Below, one piece after another: positions 28,440 through 38,307 of a stretch of DNA of 64,000 bases. Numbering within the stretch: the first letter of the stretch is position 1; each line of letters opens with the position of its first letter. The DNA lies in NCBI GenBank assembly GCA_963843375.1, contig CAWJKT010000004.1:320001-384000 (forward strand), read 5' to 3'. The position numbers and the translations under genes were made by a program. The stretch is from an uncultured Pseudomonadota bacterium. GTDB taxonomy: Bacteria; Oederibacteriota; Muellerivitia; Muellerivitales; Muellerivitaceae. The notes below the pieces were generated by a model. That model was given only the letters and a program-made list of their open reading frames with translations. It ran no database searches and was not told where the DNA came from.

Positions 28440-28751
28440 GAGCTCCTCCTTTTTTCAATGGATGGAAACCGGAAGACAGACAGGATGCCCGTCCGGTGGC
28501 GGGAATATCAAGATCAGAAGGATAAATTTTAGGGGACCCCTCAAAAATTTTTTTCACTACGGTGGCATAAAGAAAGGGCAAAAAACATGGACCGATCGAA
28601 TTGAAGATGACTTTTCCAAGGACCATCACCCCCAAAGCCCCATTCCATGGATTTTCATTCTCCAAGTGCTTCCGCTTCTCTGAAAAAACACAATTAAAGG
28701 GAGCTTCGATGGGACTCCCGGCGATCGAGACGGAGAGGAGTGGATGATATT

Positions 28752-28890
28752 AAAAAAGGAGGCATCCCTCCTCCAGCATTAACACCTCGCCCGGAGTTTG
28801 TTGATTGCATTCTCCTTCGGATGATGGATTCCTCTGGTTCCATCCGTTCATTTTTTAAGTTTTTTCCTCATTCATCCTTGTTCACCTGCG
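28752..28890 (-). ncRNA. Candidate GGA-rich small RNA (CsrB/RsmY-like) ending in an intrinsic terminator
   Basis: Nine GGA trinucleotides on the minus strand, including CAAGGAUG and AACGGAUG; terminator GGAGG-N7-CCUCC-UUUUUU at 28774-28752. Confidence 0.35.
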
Positions 28891-28975
28891 GCTTAAATGA
28901 TTTGGCCTTTTAGGCGTAAATCTACATTTAAAAGATGTTTTTAGGGTTATTTCGCCATCCCTCTTGCGAAGGAGT

Positions 28976-29446
28976 TCAAGCCGGCGTGGCCGCCATCATG
29001 GCTTTCATGCGTCTATCCAACTCATCGGGCGCCACGTCCTCGATATGGGTTCCCAAGTGCCAATGGTGGCCAAAGGGATCCTCCAGGCCGCCCATCCGGT
29101 CGCCATAGGGCTGGTCCTTCAGGGGCCGGGTCACCTTCGCGCCTGCTTGCACGGCTTGGTCAAACATCTTGTCCACGTGCTCGACGTAAAGCACGATACC
29201 CGCAGGGGAACCGCCCAGGGACTTGGGGCTTTTGTTTCCCATCATTGGGGACTCGTCCGCCAGCATGATGCGGGAATCACCAATCTGGATCTCAGCGTGG
29301 CCCACTTTGCCATCGGTCCCGGCCAAACGGTAAATCTCCTTGGCCCCGAATGCTTTCTTGTAAAACTCGATCGCGTCGGTGGCTCCGCTGATGGTCAAAT
29401 AGGGTGTCACGCTGTGGTAACCTTCCGGAATAGGTTTCACCGACAT
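28976..29446 (-). CDS. VOC family (PhnB-like glyoxalase) protein
   Basis: MSVKPIPEGYHSVTPYL...AIEFYKKAFGA...HAEIQIGDSRIMLADE...YGDRMGGLEDPFGHHW. Confidence 0.93.
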   Translation of the reverse strand: MSVKPIPEGYHSVTPYLTISGATDAIEFYKKAFGAKEIYRLAGTDGKVGHAEIQIGDSRIMLADESPMMGNKSPKSLGGSPAGIVLYVEHVDKMFDQAVQAGAKVTRPLKDQPYGDRMGGLEDPFGHHWHLGTHIEDVAPDELDRRMKAMMAATPA

Positions 29447-29602
29447 AGATGCTCCCTTCGTCTTATCCTGAAAATAAGATCTTAAAATTAAATGATCTTG
29501 AAATCTTTCTACCAAAAACCTGACTGAAAAAGATAGGTCATTGAGTTAAATTTCCCGAAAATTTTACGGGGTTTGGGTAAACGTGGTATCTAACTTCACC
29601 GA

Positions 29603-30298
29603 TTAGGACTTGCGGACGGCATAAGGGCGGGCGTTCATTTGAAACCGGACTCCGTTCTCTCTCGCGGCCGCCCGGAAGCGCCAATTCCCAAAAAAGCGGT
29701 AAAGCCAGGCGGGGATGAAAGGCTTTCGGATTTCCTCCAACACTAACCCGGGAAGGGGTTCTTTCCAGACGCCGGCCAGGCAAATGGCGGCTGCTTCCAG
29801 GGCCGTCCGGACCCTCAAGGTCCGATGTTGGTCTTTATCCAGATCGCTTCCCGGCTGAACCAAGCCCCCGCCCCCGATAGTTAAACCTCCCAGCCAACGG
29901 AATCCTTCCAGTTCGGCGAACCGTCGTGTTACCGCAACTGCATGGTCGTTTTGCCGGGCTTCGGGGAAGCCGTTGTGAACCACTGTCATGAGGGCTTGTG
30001 TCAGGGTGCCGGGATGGTTTTGGCGATGAAGGGAATAGTCTTCAAGGAACTTCACCATTCCGGAGGGAAGTTGGTCGGCATAGAGCGGAAAAACAAGAAC
30101 GACCGCGGAGGCGTTATCGACCATCCAGTTGAACCTTTTCGTCCTTTCTTCCGACCGAATGGGAGAGGTTACCCAAAGCATATCCGTTTCAACCCCGAAA
30201 TCGGCCAGTTTGAGTGTCAGGAAATCGGCCAGAGTTTGGGAAAGGCTTTCGCGGGCTTTTGGGCTTCCGACGACGAATAAGACTTTTCGGATGTTCAC
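29603..30298 (-). CDS. NAD(P)H-dependent oxidoreductase, flavodoxin-like fold
   Basis: VVGSPK...S, VLVFPLYADQLPS, HNGFPEARQ and GGLTIGGG; start overlaps the upstream stop. Confidence 0.8.
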   Translation of the reverse strand: MNIRKVLFVVGSPKARESLSQTLADFLTLKLADFGVETDMLWVTSPIRSEERTKRFNWMVDNASAVVLVFPLYADQLPSGMVKFLEDYSLHRQNHPGTLTQALMTVVHNGFPEARQNDHAVAVTRRFAELEGFRWLGGLTIGGGGLVQPGSDLDKDQHRTLRVRTALEAAAICLAGVWKEPLPGLVLEEIRKPFIPAWLYRFFGNWRFRAAARENGVRFQMNARPYAVRKS

Positions 30299-30876
30299 GT
30301 TTTTGCCCCTTTCGCTTGGGCGGCCAAGAGTTCCATGCGGGCGTGAATTTCATCATCGGTCATATCATCATAAATGAAGGCGCAGGCCTTCCGGGAGGAA
30401 TCGAAATTACGAGCATTGGCCGCCACGATTCCCCGGAAAATCTCCTTGTTGGTTTCGTCTTTTTGCGAAAGAAGGCCCACGGCGAAGGTGGAGATGCCGT
30501 GGCCGTAACGAAGGGGATGATGGGTTTCACCGGCGCGGCGGACCATCTTGGGAAGCAGGGAGGGGAGTATGGACCTTTCAACCGCTGTTTTCAGGAGAGA
30601 ACCATAGCCGCCGAAGGAAACAGGGGTAAAGAAAACCATCAGGCCGCATTGTGCCAAGGTTTGAATAAGGATCCGACCATCATCGTCGATATGACAGATG
30701 CCTGGGTGTTCCACCCAGCATTTGAAGCATCCCTGGCAGGGGGCGAGATGAAGGTCTCGCAACTGGAAATAATGGGTGGGGAAGCCAAGGAATTCCAGTT
30801 CCTGCAAGAGCAGGATGGCGGCTTTATCAAGTTGGGAATGTCCTTCGGGCGCGCCGTTGAGGATCAAGGCTTTCAT
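30295..30876 (-). CDS. Multimeric flavodoxin / iron-sulfur flavoprotein family
   Basis: PCQGCFKCWVEHPGICHIDDD Cys cluster; TPVSFGGYGSLLK. Confidence 0.82.
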   Translation of the reverse strand: MKALILNGAPEGHSQLDKAAILLLQELEFLGFPTHYFQLRDLHLAPCQGCFKCWVEHPGICHIDDDGRILIQTLAQCGLMVFFTPVSFGGYGSLLKTAVERSILPSLLPKMVRRAGETHHPLRYGHGISTFAVGLLSQKDETNKEIFRGIVAANARNFDSSRKACAFIYDDMTDDEIHARMELLAAQAKGAKT

Positions 30877-31114
30877 AGGTTGCTCCTTGAACCGAGTATA
30901 GATTATGAGGACTTCATTCTTTTATGAGGGAAGTCATAAAATGGGCAGGAAGGAGAAAACCTAATGACCACAAAGGCTTTTAGCTTTAGGCGGTCTTTAA
31001 ATCATACAGCGGGCGAGGCCGGATATTGTTTACCCACTTTTTGATTGAAATGATTCCCTGAATCGAAAGAATAGTCGGGTATTTTCCGGAAGCCTTTATT
31101 TTTACCCAAGAGGT

Positions 31115-33997
31115 TTGAGTATGAACTGTTCCCTTTTTTTCATTCCCCCGTTATTCCTTTTCTGCGCGGGATCACCCCTTTGGGCCGATTTGCCCGAGAT
31201 GCAACAACCGGGTTCCGAAGTTGACCTTGATCTTGGTAAACCCGTCTCCATCGTTGCCGCCCCCTCTTCAGACGCGGACATCCTTCCCGGCATCAAGGCG
31301 TTTTTGGCGAAAGATTTTAAAACCGCTGGAGATATCCTTTCGAAAGGCGCTGAAGGGGGCAACCCCAAGGCGCAAAACCTCTGGGGCGAGATGAACCAAC
31401 TGGGGATGGGCGTTCCTGTCGACGAAGCCGCTGCCTTGAAATGGTACCAAAAGGCGGCGGACCAGGGATTCGCGCCGGCGGAAAACATGATGGGGAATAT
31501 TTACGCCCAAGGAAAGGGCGTTACTCAGGACTATTCCCAAGCCCTGGCCTGGTACCAAAAAGCCGCGGACCAATCCGATCCTTTCGCCGAAAACAGCCTT
31601 GGCTTGTTGTACCAGGCGGGACGGGGAGTGACTCAAGATTATGCAGAGGCAAAAAAGTGGTTCCTCCAATCCATGAGGCACGGTGATCTCTACGCCGAGG
31701 CCAACCTCGCCGGTCTTTACGAGTATGCATGGGGGGTAAAGAAGGATTACGTCCTAGCCCTCAAGCTCTATCACGAGGCGGCGGAACATGGAAATCCCAT
31801 GGCCGAGGACAATCTTGGAGAAATGATCCATTACGGGGAAGGGGTTCCGAAAGACGACAAGGCGGCTTTGGTTTGGTATCAAAAAGCCGAGGCCAAGGGC
31901 TGGATCAACGCTTGGAACCACATGGGAGTCATGTACATGAACGGTTACGGCGTGCCGAAGAATTACCCCAAAGCCCTGGATTATTTCCAGAGGGCCGCCG
32001 CAAAGGGACAGGTGCGTTCCATAAGCAACATCGGGTTGATCTACGAGTATGGCCGGGGGGTAAACCAAGATTACGCCGAGGCCTTGAGGTGGTTTCGGAA
32101 GTCGGCGGAGATGGGCTACTCTGACGCCGAATACCAACTCGGGGTGATGTATGAAAACGGCTGGGGCGTGCCGAAGGACGATATCCAGGCCGTGGGTTGG
32201 TTTCAGAAAGCCGCGGACCTTGGGCTTACTTACGCCCAGGAAAAACTGGCTTATAAATTTGAAATGGGCCAAGGGGTCCCCCAGGACAACGCCAAGGCCA
32301 TGCTTTGGTACCAAAAAGCGGCGGAGGAAGGAAGCGGCTACGCAAAGGAGGAATTGGGAATCTTCTACCAATTCGGAAACGGTGTTCCCCAGGATTATTC
32401 CAAGGCTGTCAGCCTGTTCCAGGAATCTGCCGAAGCGGGGGACAAGTTTGGCCAAAGCAAAATGGGCGACATGGCTCTGCACGGATGGGGCGTGCCAAAA
32501 GATTATGCAAAAGCCGCCGAGTGGTACCAAAAATCAGCCGAACAAGGACTTCCGGTGGCCTATTCCCAATTGGGAGACCTCTACCGTTATGGTTTGGGAG
32601 TTCCAGTGGATTTGGCCCAGTCCCTGAAGTGGTACCGAAAAGCTGCGGACTTGGGTTACGCCAATGCCATGGACATGGTGGCTTCTTATTATCTGGAAGG
32701 GCGGGCGGGGGTCTCCAAAGATGACGCCCAAGCCGCCAAGTGGTACGAAAGGGGCGCGGACCTGGGGAGCGTGGAATGCGAATGTGGCCTGGCCGGCTGT
32801 TTCGCCGCCGGGGCGGGCGTTTCACAAGATTACTCTCAAGCCTTGAAATGGTACCAAAAAGCCGCGAACAGGGACTGGCCCCCGGGTCAAGGCGAAGTGG
32901 GTTTTTACTATATGGAAGGCTGGGGCACAACCCAGGATTACAGCCAAGCCATGACTTGGTTCCAAAAGGCCGCCGCCCGGAACGACCATTTCTCCCAAAA
33001 CAAGATTGCCCTGATGTATGAGAATGGCTGGGGAGTCCCGAAGGACGATACTCAAGCTTTAAAATGGTACCAACTGGCCGCGGATCAGGGGGACACGGCC
33101 TCCCAGGTCAGCCTGGGGCACTTCTATGAATGGGGCCGGGGTGTTCCCAAAGACCATAAGGAATCTATGAAATGGTTCCAAAAGGCTGCCGACTTGGGAA
33201 ATTCTAACGGCCAATATGAGGTGGGGGAGAATTATGAAATAGGCCGAGGAGTGAAGAAGGACGAAGAACGGGCGATGGTTTGGTTTCTAAAAGCCGCGAA
33301 ACAGGGACAGCCGGAAGCCGAAGTTAGAATCGGGATGAGGTATATGGAAGGCCGGGGTGTTCCAAAGGATTATGGAAAGGCCCGCGATTGGTTCCGGAAA
33401 GCCGCAGACCGGGAATGGGTTCCGGCTTTCCGGTTGTTGGCGTTGCTCTATAAAAACGGCCGGGGGGTAGGCAAGGACAATGCGGAAGCCCTGAAGTGGC
33501 TGCTCAAGGGGGCGGACAAAAACGACCTCGGTTCCGAGTACCTTTTGGGGACTTATTACCGCGATGGGCTTGGCGTCCCCCGGGATTACACGCAAGCGGG
33601 TAAGTGGTTTCAAAAAGGGGCGGAGGGAGGAAATCCCGGTTCTATGGAAGGACTCGGATTACTCTACGAACATGGATGGGGGGTGGCCGTGGATTATGAC
33701 CAGGCTCGGACCTGGTACCAGAAGGCCTTGGACAAGGGTTTCAAAAAGGCTTCGGAGGATTTGGATCGCGTCCAATATCTGGTGAGGTTGGACCACCCGG
33801 CGTTTTCGGTAGGTACCCCGGGGGAGACTCCCGGCCCGGCACCGGATTTGACCGCCGTTCCAAACGAAACACACGCTGCCCAGGGCGAAAACACAACGGA
33901 GCTCAATGAGGATTCCACGCCAACAGATGAGTCCCAGCCGATGAGAAAGGTCACTCCCGATTCGGCCCCTACAACAGCAACCCCGACCGAGCCGTAA
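31115..33997 (+). CDS. Secreted Sel1-like repeat protein (22 repeats)
   Basis: Signal peptide; 22 counted ~36-aa repeats of the type A..LG.MY..G.GV.KD...A..WY.KAA; acidic Pro/Thr-rich tail. Confidence 0.95.
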   Translation: MSMNCSLFFIPPLFLFCAGSPLWADLPEMQQPGSEVDLDLGKPVSIVAAPSSDADILPGIKAFLAKDFKTAGDILSKGAEGGNPKAQNLWGEMNQLGMGVPVDEAAALKWYQKAADQGFAPAENMMGNIYAQGKGVTQDYSQALAWYQKAADQSDPFAENSLGLLYQAGRGVTQDYAEAKKWFLQSMRHGDLYAEANLAGLYEYAWGVKKDYVLALKLYHEAAEHGNPMAEDNLGEMIHYGEGVPKDDKAALVWYQKAEAKGWINAWNHMGVMYMNGYGVPKNYPKALDYFQRAAAKGQVRSISNIGLIYEYGRGVNQDYAEALRWFRKSAEMGYSDAEYQLGVMYENGWGVPKDDIQAVGWFQKAADLGLTYAQEKLAYKFEMGQGVPQDNAKAMLWYQKAAEEGSGYAKEELGIFYQFGNGVPQDYSKAVSLFQESAEAGDKFGQSKMGDMALHGWGVPKDYAKAAEWYQKSAEQGLPVAYSQLGDLYRYGLGVPVDLAQSLKWYRKAADLGYANAMDMVASYYLEGRAGVSKDDAQAAKWYERGADLGSVECECGLAGCFAAGAGVSQDYSQALKWYQKAANRDWPPGQGEVGFYYMEGWGTTQDYSQAMTWFQKAAARNDHFSQNKIALMYENGWGVPKDDTQALKWYQLAADQGDTASQVSLGHFYEWGRGVPKDHKESMKWFQKAADLGNSNGQYEVGENYEIGRGVKKDEERAMVWFLKAAKQGQPEAEVRIGMRYMEGRGVPKDYGKARDWFRKAADREWVPAFRLLALLYKNGRGVGKDNAEALKWLLKGADKNDLGSEYLLGTYYRDGLGVPRDYTQAGKWFQKGAEGGNPGSMEGLGLLYEHGWGVAVDYDQARTWYQKALDKGFKKASEDLDRVQYLVRLDHPAFSVGTPGETPGPAPDLTAVPNETHAAQGENTTELNEDSTPTDESQPMRKVTPDSAPTTATPTEP

Positions 33998-34019
33998 ACA
34001 GGCGGGGATTGGGGCCCGG

Positions 34020-34370
34020 CTAGTTGTTTCTCTTCTCGCTGAACGCCTTGATACCTTGGCGTAGAAGTTGGTCCATGAGTAAAAATTGGATTCCACTATG
34101 GTTGTCATAGGACCATATAATTCTTCCATAGGCTTCCACGGGCTGGCTTTTCCCGAACTCAAAATTTAATTTAAGGAGGAAATCGCGGTCGAAACAATAG
34201 GCGACTTCGAGCCTTACCCCCGCATTACTGATATCATTGGCCCAAGCGTCTATGGAATTGTTTTGAACTTCGTAAATATGACCTGATTTGGAGGGGAAAA
34301 CGGGAAAAATTTGAACCGATTTTTGAAATTCAAAGCGATTGTATCGACGTTTTTCCACAAGATGTTGCAC
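34020..34370 (-). CDS. Stand-alone PilZ domain protein (c-di-GMP receptor)
   Basis: EKRRYNR (RxxxR) and DISNAG (DxSxxG), with AYGRIIW and GIQF. Confidence 0.85.
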   Translation of the reverse strand: MQHLVEKRRYNRFEFQKSVQIFPVFPSKSGHIYEVQNNSIDAWANDISNAGVRLEVAYCFDRDFLLKLNFEFGKSQPVEAYGRIIWSYDNHSGIQFLLMDQLLRQGIKAFSEKRNN

Positions 34371-34554
34371 AAGCCGTCCATTTTAAAAAGGGTTTTCCCA
34401 GAGGAAACGTTCAGTTCAGGCAACAGATCATCTTTCGCTTATTTTATCGCTTCTATTTCATCTTTCCACCTCATTGATGAAAATTTTGTTCCAGAATGTG
34501 GAAAAATTAACTCAGCTATTTTCTGATTCCATTTTTCGAAGTTTAGCGAAAAGT

Positions 34555-35393
34555 TCAAGCCTTTTTCGCCTTCGAGTAGCCCAATGACCAGTCTTTACCC
34601 AGGACCGCCACAGTCCCCATCCATAAAAAACAAAAAAGAACCTGAATGGCTTCGAAGCGGTTGCTATGAACCGTGATGGTTCCGATCATATTGCAGGCGA
34701 AATGGAAAAGAATGGCCGAGAGGATACTGCGCCCCGTGTTATTGTAGATCCAGGTCATGAGGGGACAAACCGATACCACCTGCGCGAGGAAAAGCCAAAA
34801 GCCGACGGTACCGAATCCCAATGTGTTTTGATAGGACCCTCCAACAAAAAAAAGGGGCAGATGCCATAAGCCCCAGAGTAATCCCAACAGAAGGCTCGCT
34901 ACCCAGGGTCCCATATTTTGCTGCAAGCGATCCAAAGCGTAACCCCGCCAGCCTATTTCCTCCGGCAGGGGCCCGAACAAAAGAAAAAAACACAACAGGA
35001 CCGGCAACATCAAGACCAGAGTCAGGGGGGAGTCGAAGTGAAAGACCTGGAGGTCTAGTTGGAATCCGGGGCCTCCCAAGAGTCCGTTGATTTCACCCGC
35101 AACCCAGCTCAAGCAGGGGACGGTGAAAAGGGCCATAGCCCACCAAAAAAGATTGAGGTTCCTCCAATCCCATATCCGGCGCAGGTAATCCCGAAATTCA
35201 TTTTTTCCGTTGTTTTTGTAAGTGAAATAGGCCCCGAAAAGGGGGGTCCCAAACCTCCCAAGCCGAATCCAACCTGGGTGATCAAGTGATGGTCGTCCAA
35301 CCCTAGGAGTGCCGTGGGAATCCAAAAGAGCCAGCTCCAGGCGAAGGTCAGGATGAAATAGGCCAAGCCGGAGAATTTTCTTTGGTCGTTCAT
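34555..35393 (-). CDS. CPBP (CAAX protease/Abi) intramembrane glutamic endopeptidase with one frameshift in a C6 run
   Basis: N-terminus YFILTFAWSWLFW...GGLGP in one frame; LFGAYF...EEIGWRGYAL, WGLWHLP and HFACN in another. The junction is the G6 run at 35241-35246. Confidence 0.85.
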
Positions 35394-35476
35394 TTTTTAA
35401 ATTCCTTCTGAAAGGAATTATAGTTTTAATTACTTTCAATCAACAGCTTGGTCATCGTCTTGGTAGCTACTCGGTT

Positions 35477-35595
35477 TGTCGTTGCGAGGAGGCCCTTTGG
35501 CCGACGTGGCAACCTAAGACAATCAACAAACTGCAGTTCCTGGATTGGTTTGGATGGCCACGTCAGCCTATAAATCAGGCTTCCTCGCCATGACA
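35477..35595. repeat. Palindromic intergenic element (REP/RPE-like cruciform)
   Basis: TGTCGTTGCGAGGA...GACGTGGC pairs with GCCACGTC...TCCTCGCCATGACA; side hairpins GGCC-CTTT-GGCC and AGCCT-N7-AGGCT. Confidence 0.75.
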
Positions 35596-35713
35596 TCAAA
35601 CTGATGCATGCATATCGGTTAAGATTTTCATCTTTTTAACACTGCAAATCGTAACTTTTCTGGGGGCTTCACCGTAACGCAAATCACCCCAAGTTGATAT
35701 GAAAGAGGTGCCC

Positions 35714-37451
35714 ATGCTTTTTCTACTATTCTTCAGTTTCCTGGCCGGTTTTGCGACCATTCTTGCCCCCTGCATTTGGCCATTGTTGCCCCTGGTGCTT
35801 TCGGTTTCCTCCACTGGTGGCAAGAAGAAGCCCTTCGGATTGACTCTGGGGGTGATGACCAGTTTCTCGATTTTCACCCTCTTCGTTTCCTATTTGGAAC
35901 GCTTCCTCCATATAGACGCCAATGTCTTTCGGCTGGTTGCGGTGGTAATCATCAGCCTTTTGGGCGTGTCGCTTCTCTTTCCCTCCTTGGGGGCGAAATT
36001 CGAGAGCCTGGATCAACCAATTTCTCCAGCCCTTGCAAGGCAAACTTCAGGGGCAGGGCGAAGGGCAAGGATTCGGAGCTGGTTACGTGGCGGGTTTCTC
36101 CATCGGCCTAGTCTGGGCGCCTTGTGCTGGACCCATCCTGGCCACCATCGCCACTCTTGGCTGCGACTCAATCGGTGAACTTCCAGGTACTCCTGGTGAC
36201 CCTCACCTATGCGCTGGGTTTGGGTATTCCGCTTGTTCCTGGTATCCCTAGGAGGCTCGGTGATCTTCGCCCGGATGCGCAAGGTGACGAAGTACACGGG
36301 AATCGTCCAGCAGATTTTCGGGGTGATCATGATCGGCGTGGCGGTATTGATTTACACCAATTACGACAAGACGATCCAACTGAAAATTCTCGAGGCTTTT
36401 CCTTCTTATGGAAACCTGGTCAACGGAGTGGAGAACAACAAGATCGTCAACGAGCAATTGGATTCCTTGCGGGGAAGGGCGCCCCGCGACCGGAGACGCC
36501 GCCAGGATGAAGGGAAAACTCACTGACATGGGTCCTGCGCCGGAATTTGCAGGCATCACGAACTGGCTGAACGGCCCGCCTCTGACTCTGGCCCAACTTA
36601 AAGGCAAAGTCGTCCTCGTGGACTTCTGGACCTACAGTTGCATCAACTGCCTGCGCACCCTGCCCAATAACAAGGCCTGGTACCAAAAGTACGGCCCGGA
36701 CAACTTCGTTCTGGTGGGAGTGCATTCGCCCGAGTTCGCCTTCGAGAAGGAAACCGCCAATGTCCAAAAGGCCCTGGGGCAGTTCGGCATCACCTATCCG
36801 GTGGCCCAAGACAATGAATTCAAAACCTGGAACGCCTACCACAACGAGTACTGGCCCGCCGCCTACCTGATCGACGCCCAGGGGCATATCCGCCTCGCCC
36901 ATTTCGGCGAGGGTCATTACGAGGAAATGGACGCCGCTATCCGGATGCTTCTCGCTGAGGCCGGCCACCCCGTTGAGGGGGGAGCGGCCCTGGTGGAGGC
37001 AGCGGGCATTCATTATGACCAAACCCCCGAATCCTATCTGGGGCTGGCACGGCTTGAGCGTTTCGCCTCCCCGGAAAAAGCTACTGAAGGCCTGAAGGCT
37101 TATTCACTCCCGAAAAACCTGGCTCTCCACCATATCGCTTACCAGGGGGAATGGACGCTAAGCGATGAGGCGGCCAAAGCGAACCAAGGTTCGGCTTTGG
37201 AAATTCAATTCAAGGCGGACAAAGTCTACCTCGTGATCGGACCGGCGAAGAAAGGAGACCAGGTCTCCCTGTTCCTGGATGGAAAGGCCATCGGCGACGG
37301 CGCGGGGGTGGATACCGCGAATGGGAAAGTTTTATTGGACACCCACCGGCTTTACAACCTAGTGGACTTGAAGGGGAAGCCGGGCACCCACCGCCTGCGC
37401 CTCGAGTTCCAGAACGCGGGGACCTCCGTCTATTCATTCACTTTCGGCTAA
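35714..37451 (+). CDS. dipZ: DipZ-type CcdA-thioredoxin fusion, read through four apparent +1 indels
   Basis: LAPCIWP and WAPCAGPIL (CcdA cysteines), VDFWTYSCINC, GVHSPEFAFEK, TPESYLG and YSFTFG. The fragments join when single bases near 36010, 36158, 36232 and 36483 are removed. Confidence 0.88.
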
Positions 37452-37556
37452 AGCTACTCCCAAAAGACACTTGACTCTTTTTCGCCGACACTTTCCGATT
37501 TACTGGGGCGTCTAATAATTACTGAAATAAAATTTGGAAATGAAGCAGGTTCTTTC

Positions 37557-37913
37557 TTGATTGCTTTGTTTAAAACCTTCCGAAAAGCTTTTCTTCCCGC
37601 CTTGATCCTTGCCGGTTCGAGTCCCTTTGTTTTGAACCATTGGGTTCCCGATTCGGGCAGGGCGCCCATGAAGTTCACGCTGCTGATTGCGCCTTTTTCG
37701 GCCCATAACGGAACCGGTCCCTTGGAAAACTCACGCCACAAGATCTGTTGGAAGGCGGAGGACAATGCCGCCCGGGCTCCAAAAGTCTTTATTCAAGCAG
37801 ATTTCTTGGGAACCGGAAGGACATTGGCTCTTCTTTCTGGGAAGATCCAAGTTCCGCCTTTTGCCAATCTTTCCAGCCGTACCCCCGCAGTTCTTTCCAT
37901 TCTACGCCTCTGA
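37557..37913 (+). CDS. Hypothetical protein
   Basis: 118-aa ORF with an N-terminal hydrophobic stretch, filling the gap before ptsH; no family recognised. Confidence 0.35.
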   Translation: MIALFKTFRKAFLPALILAGSSPFVLNHWVPDSGRAPMKFTLLIAPFSAHNGTGPLENSRHKICWKAEDNAARAPKVFIQADFLGTGRTLALLSGKIQVPPFANLSSRTPAVLSILRL

Positions 37914-38022
37914 TCTTTTCCTGAATTCAAGTCCGCTTTTGATTTAAAGGCGGAGCCACACCCTTTTCGCCTAACCCATGTAATAACCTTCAAAACAACT
38001 CTTTTAATCTGAGGAGGAATCC

Positions 38023-38295
38023 ATGCAATTACTCGAAACCGTCACCGTTCGAATTCCAAACGGGCTTCACCTGCGGGCCGCCGCCCATTTGGTTGAGATC
38101 GTCCACCAGTTCCAGAGCCATATCAAAGTCCAAAAGGACAACAAAAGGGTCGATGCCCGGAGTCTCTTGAGCCTCCTGACTTTGGCCGCCACGCCGGGAA
38201 GTGAGCTTGTGTTTTATCTTGATGGCGAGGACGCCCCCGAAGCCGCAAAGACCATTCGGGACTATTTGGAACGAAAGGGGGCAAAGGAAATATAA
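38023..38295 (+). CDS. ptsH: HPr family phosphocarrier protein
   Basis: NGLHLRAA (His15) and VDARSLLSLLTLA (Ser46 region), GEDA; SD GAGGAGG. Confidence 0.9.
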   Translation: MQLLETVTVRIPNGLHLRAAAHLVEIVHQFQSHIKVQKDNKRVDARSLLSLLTLAATPGSELVFYLDGEDAPEAAKTIRDYLERKGAKEI

Positions 38296-38307
38296 AAGGG
38301 ATTAGTC

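Noticed and set aside
31350..33750. ~108-bp periodic DNA repeats as a CRISPR array or diversity-generating retroelement
   Set aside because: They are coding Sel1 repeats with codon-level divergence; no cas or reverse transcriptase gene is present.
34555..35393. CPBP/Abi protein as a phage-defence system
   Set aside because: The Abi label for this family does not imply abortive infection, and no defence-island neighbours are present.
35714..36530. Programmed frameshifting or phase variation in dipZ and cstA
   Set aside because: The shifts fall in runs of 2-4 nt without slippery heptamers, and several would be needed in series; consensus error is more plausible.
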